Source: a virus (taxonomy: Duplodnaviria; Heunggongvirae; Uroviricota; Caudoviricetes). Taken from it: DNA of 64,000 nucleotides. The notes under the pieces are model-generated. The model made no database searches and was not told the origin of the DNA. It saw only the letters and a list, made by a program, of their open reading frames with translations. The stretch covers positions 1 to 64,000 of the IMG/VR virus record IMGVR_UViG_3300005326_000042; one strand, 5' to 3'. Positions 19,177 to 28,773 of this stretch are shown here, piece by piece (position 1 is the stretch's first letter; each line of letters begins with the position of its first letter). The position numbers were made by a program, and so were the translations under genes.

Positions 19177-19368
19177 TTACTTTATTGGTTCAAACTCATG
19201 CACAGCTCTGTCCCGAATAACATCCTTCGTAATCGAAATTTCAACTGCCTTTCCTTCTCCATTTTCCCACGCGCTAAGATTTAATTCTTCTCCTACAGCC
19301 CAACCGAGTTCTTCGACAAGCTCCATTGGGAGTTTTATATAGCCTTCATTTAGCATTTTAATTATCAT
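19177..19368 (-). CDS. AbrB/SpoVT-like small DNA-binding protein (tentative)
   Basis: 63 aa; IKLPMELVEELGW pattern. Confidence 0.35.
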   Translation of the reverse strand: MIIKMLNEGYIKLPMELVEELGWAVGEELNLSAWENGEGKAVEISITKDVIRDRAVHEFEPIK

Positions 19369-19372
19369 TCCG

Positions 19373-19801
19373 TCACCTGATCCATTTCTTCAACAGCCCA
19401 ACGCTTATCCACTCGTCATAATTCTTATTCTCATATGTATACTTTACGCGAGCAAAATCATAGTATACATCAACAACTTCTACCTCAATGGGTCTAGATC
19501 CAAACAAAATTCCATCAACTGTGACTATAAAATTTTCTCCAATTTTCCAAGCATGTTCTCTCGGATCGGGTATCATCTTGAAGTCATACGCCTCATCATG
19601 CGGCGGAACATGGAAAGTCACATTTCCTGAAAGTGGATGTGGGCCTAGAGTAAGTTCGTTTGTTCCATAAATTCCAAGTTTAGCGGTAGATATAGTTATA
19701 TTCCCTATCGGATCATCGCTAAGGTTCAAATAATCTTCATCTGCGACGCATACTACTGAAAGTAGAAATAGCAATGTTAAAGAAAATAAAATTGATTTCA
19801 T
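19373..19801 (-). CDS. secreted/lipoprotein-like protein
   Basis: N-terminal signal peptide MKSILFSLTLLFLLSVVCVA. Confidence 0.5.
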   Translation of the reverse strand: MKSILFSLTLLFLLSVVCVADEDYLNLSDDPIGNITISTAKLGIYGTNELTLGPHPLSGNVTFHVPPHDEAYDFKMIPDPREHAWKIGENFIVTVDGILFGSRPIEVEVVDVYYDFARVKYTYENKNYDEWISVGLLKKWIR

Positions 19802-19820
19802 TTAAATCTCCTCTTTCCCA

Positions 19821-20099
19821 TTACGTTCGAAACATTTTACCTTGAGCTATGCCTGAAAATATGAAGAACGGCTCCTCTAAATATCCTTCTTTAATCTTCC
19901 GTATCCACTTCTTCCTAGCCTCAGATTCCGCCTGCAAATGAAGGTTAGTTTCAGAAGTCAGCTTTGTTACAGATTGTCTTCTTATCTTTGGAGTAGTCGT
20001 AGTTGTTCCCGTTGAAACTACTATGATGTTGTTTTCTGTAGAAATTTCATAGGTTCTGGTCACTCCATCTTCGCTTTTGTAGAGTTTTGGTAATTGCAA
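19821..20099 (-). CDS. hypothetical beta-rich protein downstream of SPFH gene (possible NfeD-like partner)
   Basis: Position only; no TM helix seen. Confidence 0.3.
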   Translation of the reverse strand: MQLPKLYKSEDGVTRTYEISTENNIIVVSTGTTTTTPKIRRQSVTKLTSETNLHLQAESEARKKWIRKIKEGYLEEPFFIFSGIAQGKMFRT

Positions 20100-20146
20100 T
20101 TTAGATTCCTCCTCTAAAGTTTATTATCTGTCATTCTATAAAAGGG

Positions 20147-21082
20147 TTATGCCTTCACTGGCACAACCGCTGGGTTTATGGCAGAATCGGCCATTGCAAC
20201 TATACTGGCTCCCTCTGGAACAAACACCTTAGTATTGTTGGCAAACGTCTTTTCCGTAGCTTCAAGCCTTCGGAGTTCTACCGCAGGCCCCTTGAAGGTT
20301 TCGTTTGCTGCATCGTTGACCTTCTTAATGGCTCCAGCCTTTGCGTCTGCCTCGATTGTGATTGCTTGAGCCTTACCTTCAGCCTTCTTAATTTCCGCTC
20401 TCTTCTCACCATCTGCTTTAGTCTCAACAGCAGTAGCGAAGTCAATCGCAGCCCTCTTTTCACTTTCAGCCTTAACGATATTATTCATTGCAGCCTGAAC
20501 ATCTTTCGGAGCGTCAATTTCGGCAATCTCACAACGTACAATCTCTATGCCCCAATCGGTGGTTTCTTTTGCAATAATTGTTTGTAGATCGATATTTAAT
20601 TTACTTCTCTGAGAATTCGCTTCCTTTAGGGTGAGTCCTCCAATTACATTTCTCAGAGTTGTTTGGGCAAGAGAAACTATCTGATACTCCACATCATTAA
20701 CATTATACTGAGAATTCTTTACACTTTCCTTATCGGCCTTAATCTTGTAATAAACCTGAGCACTTACACCAGCATTCAGATTGTCTCCAGTAATAACTTC
20801 CTGCCTATCGCAAGTTACCATTGTTTCCGTAATATCTACCAAATAGAATCTTTCTACAATTGGAATGCAAACTACCAATCCAGATTCTGCATACCGACTG
20901 AATTTTCCAAACCTCTCAATCACACATCTCTGAGTTGGTCTCACTTGCGCTACCGAATTCTTAAAAACAACTGCAACTACGGCCAGTAGCACAATAAATA
21001 CTACTGTACTTGCAACAAAACTTAAAATATCTCCCATAAAATCACCTACTATCTCTCTGTTCTCTATATTCTTCCCATTCAT
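20147..21082 (-). CDS. SPFH/band-7 (stomatin/prohibitin-like) membrane protein
   Basis: N-terminal TM helix then SPFH core (VRPTQRCVIERFGK...VDITE...TGDNL) and Ala/Lys/Glu coiled-coil tail. Confidence 0.65.
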   Translation of the reverse strand: MNGKNIENREIVGDFMGDILSFVASTVVFIVLLAVVAVVFKNSVAQVRPTQRCVIERFGKFSRYAESGLVVCIPIVERFYLVDITETMVTCDRQEVITGDNLNAGVSAQVYYKIKADKESVKNSQYNVNDVEYQIVSLAQTTLRNVIGGLTLKEANSQRSKLNIDLQTIIAKETTDWGIEIVRCEIAEIDAPKDVQAAMNNIVKAESEKRAAIDFATAVETKADGEKRAEIKKAEGKAQAITIEADAKAGAIKKVNDAANETFKGPAVELRRLEATEKTFANNTKVFVPEGASIVAMADSAINPAVVPVKA

Positions 21083-21305
21083 CGTCCCGTCCAGGTCTCA
21101 CCTGTCCGATGACGCCACAAAAAGACTTCTTAAAACGAACTTTATCTCCATTTTCTTTTTCCAAGAAGAACCACATTTCGTTTACCTTCCGAAGCCAGCC
21201 CTTTATTTTAGATCTGCCTGACTCGGAATCTAAACGAACAAACTCTTCTTGAAACTCATCAAAATTGTCTTCTTCCAGACTATATTTATTCTCAGTTTCT
21301 GACAT
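21042..21305 (-). CDS. hypothetical protein
   Basis: Track ORF, overlaps SPFH start by 41 nt. Confidence 0.35.
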   Translation of the reverse strand: MSETENKYSLEEDNFDEFQEEFVRLDSESGRSKIKGWLRKVNEMWFFLEKENGDKVRFKKSFCGVIGQVRPGRDDEWEEYREQRDSR

Positions 21306-21323
21306 TTAAATCTCCTAAAATAA

Positions 21324-21518
21324 TTAACTATAACAACCACTTAAAACTTCTCTCGGAACTATTATTCCCTCGTTTAACTTTCTGATTCTTCCTAAAACAA
21401 CATCGTATCTTTTACACTTAAAATCTTCGCCCACAAACTTAATTTCAATTTTCTCAAGATCTACACAGCCCCAACAAGGCGTACCCGTTGGGATAATAGT
21501 CAAATCAGATGTTTCCAT
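21324..21518 (-). CDS. hypothetical protein
   Basis: Track ORF. Confidence 0.4.
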   Translation of the reverse strand: METSDLTIIPTGTPCWGCVDLEKIEIKFVGEDFKCKRYDVVLGRIRKLNEGIIVPREVLSGCYS

Positions 21519-21538
21519 AAAAATCCCACTAAAATTAG

Positions 21539-21724
21539 TTATCCCACTGGGACATTAAAATAAGAGCCATGATAGCTCCCCACAAAGAAGCCGCTCCAAA
21601 AACCTGCTATTTCTAAAGAAGCTAAAACTATAATCGCGGCCACATCACAATATACAAGCGCCATCCAATACATAGGATCTGTAAAATAACTGGAGGAAGA
21701 TTTTTTAAAAACGAACATTTTCAA
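21539..21724 (-). CDS. small membrane protein
   Basis: Hydrophobic. Confidence 0.4.
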   Translation of the reverse strand: MKMFVFKKSSSSYFTDPMYWMALVYCDVAAIIVLASLEIAGFWSGFFVGSYHGSYFNVPVG

Positions 21725-21737
21725 TCACCTTAAAAAT

Positions 21738-21899
21738 TTAATTATGTTTCCTGAACATCTTATTCCCCTTCTTAACTTCCAATCCTGGCTTGTGGCAGAA
21801 AGTACAGAATGGGATGTCTCCCTCAAACTTCACAAATTTTCTTCCTGTCTGAATAGTCGTGTGGCAGGATGGACATTTGATCTCTATCAGGTTATTCAT
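21738..21899 (-). CDS. small zinc-ribbon protein
   Basis: 53 aa, CPSC...CTFC; fills minus-strand gap; preferred over antisense track ORF 21744..22169. Confidence 0.4.
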   Translation of the reverse strand: MNNLIEIKCPSCHTTIQTGRKFVKFEGDIPFCTFCHKPGLEVKKGNKMFRKHN

Positions 21900-21974
21900 T
21901 GTAATTCCTCTTGTCTACCTTTACTATATCTCTCTTCCTATTTAAGGTTTTCCAGAACCAAGAAAAGAAGAGGG

Positions 21975-22841
21975 TTAAGCAGGAGCCTCTTCACTCTCCC
22001 CAGCTGGATTTGCAACTTGGACCTGTATATATTTCACAAACACCGTCTCCTTGATTCGGAAGGTAAACGATATCGGAGAGTCTGCGGCAATTGCGATCTT
22101 CATTTCTTCATCCTTCGCAGTCTTCGCGGCGGAAATCACAGCCGCCATTGGTTCAGGATAGAACTTTGAAGCGAAATTTTCCTTTACGTCCTCCTCTGGG
22201 AGATCATGTTTCGCAAACAGGAAATCGTCCGCTTCCTGAGAGATAATAGAGAAACCAATACCTTCCATAGATGGGTTAAGCGGACCTATTGAGGCATTTA
22301 AACTAAACTTCCCAACTGCGAAAATTGCTTCCCGTTCTATAGCTCTCGCACGCTTCAGAATATTTATCATCTTTCCGCCAGGGATACCAAACTGGATTGA
22401 ATTATCCGGTACATCTGGGATATCGCGACGAATATCGGGAGCCTGCCGCTTCTCAACTTTCTCTTCTGAGGTTCTTGATTTGAAAGTTACAGTATTTTCT
22501 TCGGGGATCGCGACCATCAGAATATCGTCAGAAACCCCTCCGCCAAACCCAGGTTGGTCGAAAACGTCCATCAGATCTCCCATACTTATGGCAAATCTCT
22601 CACCCTTTGTCCCTTCGATCAAGGGTTTCTTTCCCCATCCAGGTCTGATTCTAATTTCTCCAAAGGAGAATGACGGAGACGAAATTGTAATCTTTATTCC
22701 GCCTTCAGGACCGATGTATTCAAACTGCCCATATCCTCCCTCGTCTCTAAAACCCTCTGGTCCTGCGATTGCTGCTCCGGTTTGTACAATCTTACCAAAG
22801 GTTCTCGCGTCTAACATTAGCTTCATTCTTGTCCCTCTCAT
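21975..22841 (-). CDS. putative sliding clamp (PCNA/gp45-like)
   Basis: MKL..D...L....A.I N-terminus, 288 aa, C-terminal PISFTF.IKE..FVKYI resembling clamp C-terminal strand; tentative. Confidence 0.35.
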   Translation of the reverse strand: MRGTRMKLMLDARTFGKIVQTGAAIAGPEGFRDEGGYGQFEYIGPEGGIKITISSPSFSFGEIRIRPGWGKKPLIEGTKGERFAISMGDLMDVFDQPGFGGGVSDDILMVAIPEENTVTFKSRTSEEKVEKRQAPDIRRDIPDVPDNSIQFGIPGGKMINILKRARAIEREAIFAVGKFSLNASIGPLNPSMEGIGFSIISQEADDFLFAKHDLPEEDVKENFASKFYPEPMAAVISAAKTAKDEEMKIAIAADSPISFTFRIKETVFVKYIQVQVANPAGESEEAPA

Positions 22842-22913
22842 TTACAATTTTCTATTAAATAAAAGAGGATGTTGGAGAATAAGAACCTTTCGCCCGCTCG
22901 TTTAGCGGGCGTC

Positions 22914-23435
22914 CTAGATATTTTCGTTCTGGTAAATTCCAGAATATAACTTCTCAGCTTCTTTATCCAACCTTAGAAATATGATCTGCATTAGCCGCGC
23001 GTTTTTTGTAATTACAAGTCCATTTAGATTGTGGACCACCAGAAGAGAGGAAGATCTTCCTTTGTAGCCAGGATCCCACAAGGAGCTGAATATTGTTGCC
23101 CCTGCGCGAAGAAGAGAAGACCTTGGGCGGGCAAGTCCAATACAATCTTTTGGAACATCTACGATTTCGTTGAATGTTATTAGATAACACCCAGGACCAA
23201 GAAGCGAGACATCAATTGGATCTTCATCACCCCTTTTCATTGTTACAAGTCCAATTTCTTCCAGATTGGGCTTAGTTCTTCTAGAATTATCAAAGTCTAT
23301 CCAACCTGAATTAGTAAACCTCTCCACCTTCTGCACAGTCAGATCTATCCCTGCCATCTGGGTCTGCAAATCTGCATCTATAAGATCGGTTACGATTCCT
23401 TGTTTAATTATTTGATCGCCTGTAAGAACTGTCAT
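22914..23435 (-). CDS. dCTP deaminase/dUTPase family enzyme
   Basis: ARPRSSLLRAG (R.SS..R.G) and DPGYKG motifs of the Dcd/Dut trimeric family. Confidence 0.65.
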   Translation of the reverse strand: MTVLTGDQIIKQGIVTDLIDADLQTQMAGIDLTVQKVERFTNSGWIDFDNSRRTKPNLEEIGLVTMKRGDEDPIDVSLLGPGCYLITFNEIVDVPKDCIGLARPRSSLLRAGATIFSSLWDPGYKGRSSSLLVVHNLNGLVITKNARLMQIIFLRLDKEAEKLYSGIYQNENI

Positions 23436-23437
23436 AT

Positions 23438-23731
23438 TTATTCCTTCCTCCCATAAATATATTTTAGCGTATCCACTAAATCCTCAACTTCTCTCGGTAA
23501 AACATATACAACATTCTCTCCATCTCCTTTTATTTCAATGATTTCTTCCTCTCCCCAATCGTGGACAATGTTATATTCTTTCTTTTCAAGTTTTTCTATG
23601 AATGTAGGAATGTTATCTATACTCAGAAGATAAGATTCTTCTTCATAATTCCAGATTTCTACAACGTTTTCTCCTGTTTCACAAAATAAACCGAACTCAT
23701 CTTCGGTTTCTTCAGATATAACATATTTCAA
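23438..23731 (-). CDS. hypothetical acidic protein
   Basis: Track ORF. Confidence 0.4.
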   Translation of the reverse strand: MKYVISEETEDEFGLFCETGENVVEIWNYEEESYLLSIDNIPTFIEKLEKKEYNIVHDWGEEEIIEIKGDGENVVYVLPREVEDLVDTLKYIYGRKE

Positions 23732-23734
23732 AAC

Positions 23735-23986
23735 TTATTCCTCCACAGCAAAATTATTTAATCTTTTCTCAACTCTATCAGGCTTCAAAATCTCAATCAG
23801 TTTCTCCTCGGTAACATCATCTTCCTGACCCCAAGTATTCATATAAGGTCTACACGCCTGAGTTTGAACTATGGGAAAGACTTGAAGGTTTTCCAAAAGC
23901 TGACCAAATCGGAGGTCTGGATATTTTTCCCAAACTCGGTGTAAAAGATTGAGGATTCGGATAATACGGGCTTTTTCTCTTGACAA
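23735..23986 (-). CDS. hypothetical protein
   Basis: Track ORF. Confidence 0.4.
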   Translation of the reverse strand: MSREKARIIRILNLLHRVWEKYPDLRFGQLLENLQVFPIVQTQACRPYMNTWGQEDDVTEEKLIEILKPDRVEKRLNNFAVEE

Positions 23987-24177
23987 GGGAAATCAACTCT
24001 TAAGAAAAGATTTAATTTACATATTCGGGCGGATACCACATCTCCACTTTTCCTTTCACATTAATTAACTTCAACATATCTTCAATTGCGCCCGCGATTT
24101 CTGCGGCCTTTTCTTCATCAACTATCTGCTCAAGTTCTATAGAAATTCTATCTATTTGTGTCATTTAAAATATCTCC

Positions 24178-24414
24178 TTAACGCTCAGCTTCGCTAGGCA
24201 TCCGTACCCAAGTCCTAATTCTCGCTCCACTTGACAGAGTTTTGTTCACGTACATTGCCTCTCCATTCTTCCGCGCCGTCCACAATCTTTTAGAAACGGT
24301 TCTGGGATGAATACCTAATTTATCAGAAACCTCTTTTGCTCTTGGAGCATCTTCTGCGGTTTCTGGGAGAAAATTAACTATTTGTTCGCGAACAGTAATT
24401 GTGTCGTTTTGCAT
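24178..24414 (-). CDS. winged-helix transcriptional regulator
   Basis: LGIHPRTVSKRLWTARKNGEA HTH-like. Confidence 0.45.
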   Translation of the reverse strand: MQNDTITVREQIVNFLPETAEDAPRAKEVSDKLGIHPRTVSKRLWTARKNGEAMYVNKTLSSGARIRTWVRMPSEAER

Positions 24415-24415
24415 C

Positions 24416-25084
24416 TTAAAGTTTTCCCTCCCATTCCATCTTTCTTATCTTATAAAGATAATCCCTGAAAGGCTTCTCGTCTATTTCTAAAGGAAACGGG
24501 CTATCTTCAAACGCCTGATCAAGAGCGTCCAAGCACTTATTTACGTCTAATTCGCTTACGTCCAAGTTCACAATAGTCTCGCAAGGCTTAAAATTAAACT
24601 CCCATTTTGTTAGAAGATCCACTCCAAATAGAGCAGTCCTCGCGGCGGTTCTGTAACCTTTTCCACCAGCTAATCTAGGTCTCTTGGTTTCATCCAGCTT
24701 TTGACTTCCCGCCATGCCTTTTATTGCATAGTAATACTTTTTGGATGGATTATTAAGAACAATTTGTCTCAATTTTCTGAGCAGACCATAGTTCGAGGTA
24801 TTATCTTCTATAACTATAGAACTCGTCACATGCCACAAATAGTTTATGTTTCCTCTGAGGAGCTGATTTATTAGTTGTCCTATCTCAACGTAAGAGCAAT
24901 CACAATCTACTCCGTCTTTTAGAAAATGGGTTTGTGCCCATGTTTCCGGAATCCTATATCCAGCCAAAATATTCTTTGTTGGAACTACTCGACACGTAGA
25001 ATAATCGTGATCCGATATTCCCGACTTAAACATTCCCCACATAGAAGAACCATGTTCTGTAGTCCAGAGATCTTTAGGTTCCAT
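24416..25084 (-). CDS. Pol-beta-superfamily nucleotidyltransferase
   Basis: GS-x11-DHD signature (HGSSMWGMFKSGISDHD) near N-terminus; 222 aa. Confidence 0.5.
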   Translation of the reverse strand: MEPKDLWTTEHGSSMWGMFKSGISDHDYSTCRVVPTKNILAGYRIPETWAQTHFLKDGVDCDCSYVEIGQLINQLLRGNINYLWHVTSSIVIEDNTSNYGLLRKLRQIVLNNPSKKYYYAIKGMAGSQKLDETKRPRLAGGKGYRTAARTALFGVDLLTKWEFNFKPCETIVNLDVSELDVNKCLDALDQAFEDSPFPLEIDEKPFRDYLYKIRKMEWEGKL

Positions 25085-25399
25085 TCAGATAACCCCTTAA
25101 ATACTCTTTCCCTTCATCCAGAGTTCTAAACTTCTCATCTATTTGGGCTTCGTACATAGTTTTAAGTATATAACTGTAGTTGGGTCCAGGTTCTATTCCC
25201 AGTTCCATAAGGTGTCTACCCATAATGATAGGTTTGGTTTCATTCTTGATGTCATCGTAGATATCTAAAACATCCAGTAACCTGTTGTATTCTGGTAGGT
25301 CGTCTATTTTTGGTCCGCTTCTGGAAACTTGTGTTTTACGATTGCGCCGCTCGCATGACCATCGAGGTCACTTGCATGAAAAAAGCACTTTATTGCCAT
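25085..25399 (-). pseudogene. interrupted small gene (frameshift at A5 run): DHH-like N-terminal motif plus tRNA-NTase C-terminal-like motif
   Basis: Frame A MAIKCFFHASDLDGHASGAIV... stops after 33 codons at CAAAAATAG; -1 frame continues ...IIMGRHLMELGIEPGPNYSYIL...EGKEYLRGYL with no start of its own. Confidence 0.35.
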
Positions 25400-25400
25400 T

Positions 25401-25784
25401 TTAATTCATCTCCCCCAACCGTTTCTCTAAAATTTTCTCAAAATCTTCCACTCCATACTTGCCGTTCTCTACGTAGATAAACCCTTCGGCCAGCAACCGA
25501 TTTAGAGAGTTAGATATGGTTTCCCTCAGATAGATCTTTCCGAGAACAGATACAAGTTCTTTATGTGATATATCTGGATTTTCCTTAATGAAATCGTATA
25601 CATCACAATCGATGTCTACGGATTTCAAAATCGGATTTCTAGGACTGTAGATGCCATTATTATTACAGTACTTCGCAACGGTATCCGCAGCTACTCCAAA
25701 ATCTCGCGCGATATCTTCGTAGGTTCTGATTTGAAGTTGTTCTTCCAGCCAGATTAAGTCTTTGTTAAAAAGAGTTTGTTTCAT
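25401..25784 (-). CDS. HTH DNA-binding protein
   Basis: TYEDIARDFGVAADTVAKY HTH resembling N-termini of the HNH paralogs. Confidence 0.45.
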   Translation of the reverse strand: MKQTLFNKDLIWLEEQLQIRTYEDIARDFGVAADTVAKYCNNNGIYSPRNPILKSVDIDCDVYDFIKENPDISHKELVSVLGKIYLRETISNSLNRLLAEGFIYVENGKYGVEDFEKILEKRLGEMN

Positions 25785-25805
25785 GATTTAAAAGGTCTCC
25801 TAAAA

Positions 25806-26153
25806 TTAAATTATTCCATTTTTCTGAAGCGGTTTATAAACTCCTTTTCTAACTTCCTCGCGATCAGATTCTTTCTCACTCTCGGTTAAGTCTTTATAAT
25901 CGGTTTCAATTTGATGAGACCATCGTTCTACAGCCCACGCGGGAATAGTTGCAGTTCCGTCTGAGTTCATAATACATTTTGAGAAAAGATGTTTCATCCA
26001 GTGGGACCAACGAATATGCTCCTCATCCGCGAGGTCTTCCATTAGAGACTTAGACGTTAGAAGCCTTAATTGATATTCCATATCGGAGATTTTCTTGTTT
26101 TTTTCTCTTAATACCGATCCAGGTATTTCATAAAAATTTTCAGTTTCTTCCAT
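25806..26153 (-). CDS. hypothetical protein
   Basis: Track ORF. Confidence 0.4.
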   Translation of the reverse strand: MEETENFYEIPGSVLREKNKKISDMEYQLRLLTSKSLMEDLADEEHIRWSHWMKHLFSKCIMNSDGTATIPAWAVERWSHQIETDYKDLTESEKESDREEVRKGVYKPLQKNGII

Positions 26154-26228
26154 TTACACCACTCCAAATTAACCAAAAGTAATAAACGATAAATATAGCT
26201 GCAAATAAGATGAAGGATTCTATGAAAG

Positions 26229-26486
26229 TCATAGTAACGTCCTCATATTGATTCTTATTAACTTAGGAGAAATCCTACCAGAATCATATTCAATTTCTCT
26301 ATTAATAACTTCATACGAATAACGATGTGAATCATCGCTAAATGATACGGTATCTCCCTTATTTGGTAATACGGGGTTCGCATAATTTGTACCATAAGCT
26401 AGATGGTTTACCAATACGTCTTCATTGTAATAATAGACATCGGTTCGCATCTTACTCACCCCAAACCTTCTTATAATCTTCTTCAC
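26229..26486 (-). CDS. hypothetical protein
   Basis: Track ORF. Confidence 0.35.
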   Translation of the reverse strand: MKKIIRRFGVSKMRTDVYYYNEDVLVNHLAYGTNYANPVLPNKGDTVSFSDDSHRYSYEVINREIEYDSGRISPKLIRINMRTLL

Positions 26487-26880
26487 ACTCTTTCAGCTCT
26501 TTATAAGTCTCCGTTGAAGCCGCGCGGCCATCGTCTACTTTATCTATGAGCTTCTTTCCTATTTCTCTATATTTTCTCAAGAGACCCCACAAAGCTTCAT
26601 TCTCACCCTCTAATATGAGTCTCAGATCTCCCTCGGTAAGCTCGGTTTCATCTGCGAGGACTTGGATTTGATTTATAAGAACATCTATACTTCCCTGGAC
26701 TCCGTGAATGTAATGCTCAATTTCCATAGATTCATCAGAAGAAAGAAAATAATCTATACTAGACTCGGCTAAAGCCAGAAAATTTTTACTTATGTAAAGA
26801 TGATCTGATGCTTTTTCTAATTCTAACCAAGCTTGACGTATAAGGACACAGGCTTCAATTCGGTCGCGCATTTTAATCAC
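26452..26880 (-). CDS. hypothetical protein
   Basis: Track ORF. Confidence 0.4.
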   Translation of the reverse strand: MIKMRDRIEACVLIRQAWLELEKASDHLYISKNFLALAESSIDYFLSSDESMEIEHYIHGVQGSIDVLINQIQVLADETELTEGDLRLILEGENEALWGLLRKYREIGKKLIDKVDDGRAASTETYKELKECEEDYKKVWGE

Positions 26881-27221
26881 TCCGTAAATACAACTTCTTT
26901 ATGATCCAACATTATACACTCTATTACATCCTGTCCCATCATAGTATCTGCTCTTATGGCCAACAGTGGACTATTTCTCTCCTCATAGAGATAAAATTCT
27001 CCATTTTCCTCTAGGTACAAATCTTTATTAAATTTTCCTAACATTGGAAAGCTCCGAATAATGCCTTTTACAGAATATGGAAGATCTTTAATTAGTATCC
27101 ATCTATCTTGTCCGGGCAAAGATGTCCTCCACCAATCTCCATTTGTTACCAACCTATTCTTTTCCACTATTGTCCTGAAGGTTGGATATTTTTCTTTTAG
27201 GGTGAATGATTTATCTTCCAT
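26877..27221 (-). CDS. hypothetical protein
   Basis: Track ORF. Confidence 0.4.
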   Translation of the reverse strand: MEDKSFTLKEKYPTFRTIVEKNRLVTNGDWWRTSLPGQDRWILIKDLPYSVKGIIRSFPMLGKFNKDLYLEENGEFYLYEERNSPLLAIRADTMMGQDVIECIMLDHKEVVFTE

Positions 27222-27294
27222 TTTAATTCCTCAAAATAAGTATTATCTTTCATAAGATAAATAGATTTCTCCGCTCGCGGGAAGCTCGCTGCGG

Positions 27295-27669
27295 TCACTC
27301 GTATCCCAAGTCAAACAGAAGTTGGGTCGCCCGCGCGAGGATACCGTCTAGGGATTGCCAGAGCATTTTTTCAAAGCTGCAGCTTCGCACTAGGTTTAGA
27401 AGATCATAATGAAAACCCAAGCCTTCATAATAATCACCTGTATTCCACCAATCATTTTCTTTTGGATATAGAATAAATTTTGCTATATTTCTGCCGTTAA
27501 CCTCCCTAAAACTTCTAACTTCGAGAGTCCAGGTTGCAGGTACAATTTGATACCAACCTTTTTCAACCAATTCTGTTAAATTATCTGCCTCATTATATTG
27601 CAAATACGCCACAAAATTCTCGCCCTTCGCTACGTAAAGGGTGTTGTTGATTTTGGAAAAGGACATCAT
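27295..27669 (-). CDS. hypothetical protein
   Basis: Track ORF. Confidence 0.4.
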   Translation of the reverse strand: MMSFSKINNTLYVAKGENFVAYLQYNEADNLTELVEKGWYQIVPATWTLEVRSFREVNGRNIAKFILYPKENDWWNTGDYYEGLGFHYDLLNLVRSCSFEKMLWQSLDGILARATQLLFDLGYE

Positions 27670-27953
27670 AGTTCTTTCTCCATTTCCTTTATCTTCCTCA
27701 AATACTCTTCTGCTTTCAGAATATGAAATTCTGCATCATTTAATTGACATCTATATTCGCACTTTAAAGTATCAATTCTTCTGTAAATTACTAGCTTTCT
27801 TAACCACTCTACAGATTTTAAAACTCCATCCTGAGTTGTGTCACTCAACCAGAATCCAATCATTTCTGCGGGGTCTAGTGTGGTTTTGGGTGAATGACGG
27901 ATCTCGTACTTCATGCGATGATATAAGGGAGAGGATTTATTGCGGCGGGACAT
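27666..27953 (-). CDS. hypothetical protein
   Basis: Track ORF. Confidence 0.4.
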   Translation of the reverse strand: MSRRNKSSPLYHRMKYEIRHSPKTTLDPAEMIGFWLSDTTQDGVLKSVEWLRKLVIYRRIDTLKCEYRCQLNDAEFHILKAEEYLRKIKEMEKEL

Positions 27954-28324
27954 TAATATCCCTTCCTCAGTTGTCTATCCACAAACTTAGGATGTAAATC
28001 TCCTCCCTCAATCGTGATTTCGTCTGCGGGCCAGAGCCTGCCGTAACACTCTTCAGGACCATATTTTACCATAGTTCTGAAGGTATCAAGGAAAGTCCCT
28101 TCTGGATTTAAACAAAATCCACATGACAACATCCCATGCTGGATTATTTCACCGTCTTTGTCTGTGATGGCAAAGATTCCAAAATGCCGACTGGATACCT
28201 CGTCTTTGTACATCCACTTTCCGATATGGATAGACCAGATCTTCTCGTCTATTTCTTCTTCGATGAGTTTTTCAAACCAATAGTCATCCCTTTTCCAGAG
28301 ATCTAGTAATTGAGAGAGTTTCAT
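27953..28324 (-). CDS. hypothetical protein
   Basis: Track ORF. Confidence 0.4.
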   Translation of the reverse strand: MKLSQLLDLWKRDDYWFEKLIEEEIDEKIWSIHIGKWMYKDEVSSRHFGIFAITDKDGEIIQHGMLSCGFCLNPEGTFLDTFRTMVKYGPEECYGRLWPADEITIEGGDLHPKFVDRQLRKGY

Positions 28325-28773
28325 AGTTGCTCCTTATTTTTCATCTCCTCTTTAATAAATTCATCCTCGCAAAGATCAATCCACATTTGTCCATACTTTT
28401 CACATTCTCTAGAACAGACTATATCTTCATCCCAACCAGTAACACAGCACAATCTATTAATCCATCCGTTCCACTTATGTTCTATTGGCTTTCCACAAAT
28501 GAGACAAATCTCTTCTTTTGATTGGAACTTAGGACAAATTGTGGCAAAATCCTCTGGATTGAAATAATGAGATTGTCCGTTCGCAGTAAGAATTTTATGA
28601 ATTCCCCTAAGAGCCTCAAAATGTGTTATCTCTTCAAGGAACTTCTTATAATCTTCCTCGATCTCTTTAAACATTTCCTCGTCTTCGCATCCAGCAGATG
28701 AAGATAATCCAACAGAGGAATCACCTTCATCTATGTAGGCGAATTTGCAGTGAAAACATGTAGCGGGAATCAT
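28321..28773 (-). CDS. Cys-rich zinc-binding hypothetical protein
   Basis: Several CxxC pairs. Confidence 0.4.
   Translation of the reverse strand: MIPATCFHCKFAYIDEGDSSVGLSSSAGCEDEEMFKEIEEDYKKFLEEITHFEALRGIHKILTANGQSHYFNPEDFATICPKFQSKEEICLICGKPIEHKWNGWINRLCCVTGWDEDIVCSRECEKYGQMWIDLCEDEFIKEEMKNKEQL

Noticed and set aside
21744-22169. 141-aa plus-strand ORF in a minus-strand block
   Set aside because: It overlaps the PCNA-like gene antisense. A compact minus-strand Zn-ribbon ORF (21738..21899) explains the gap better.
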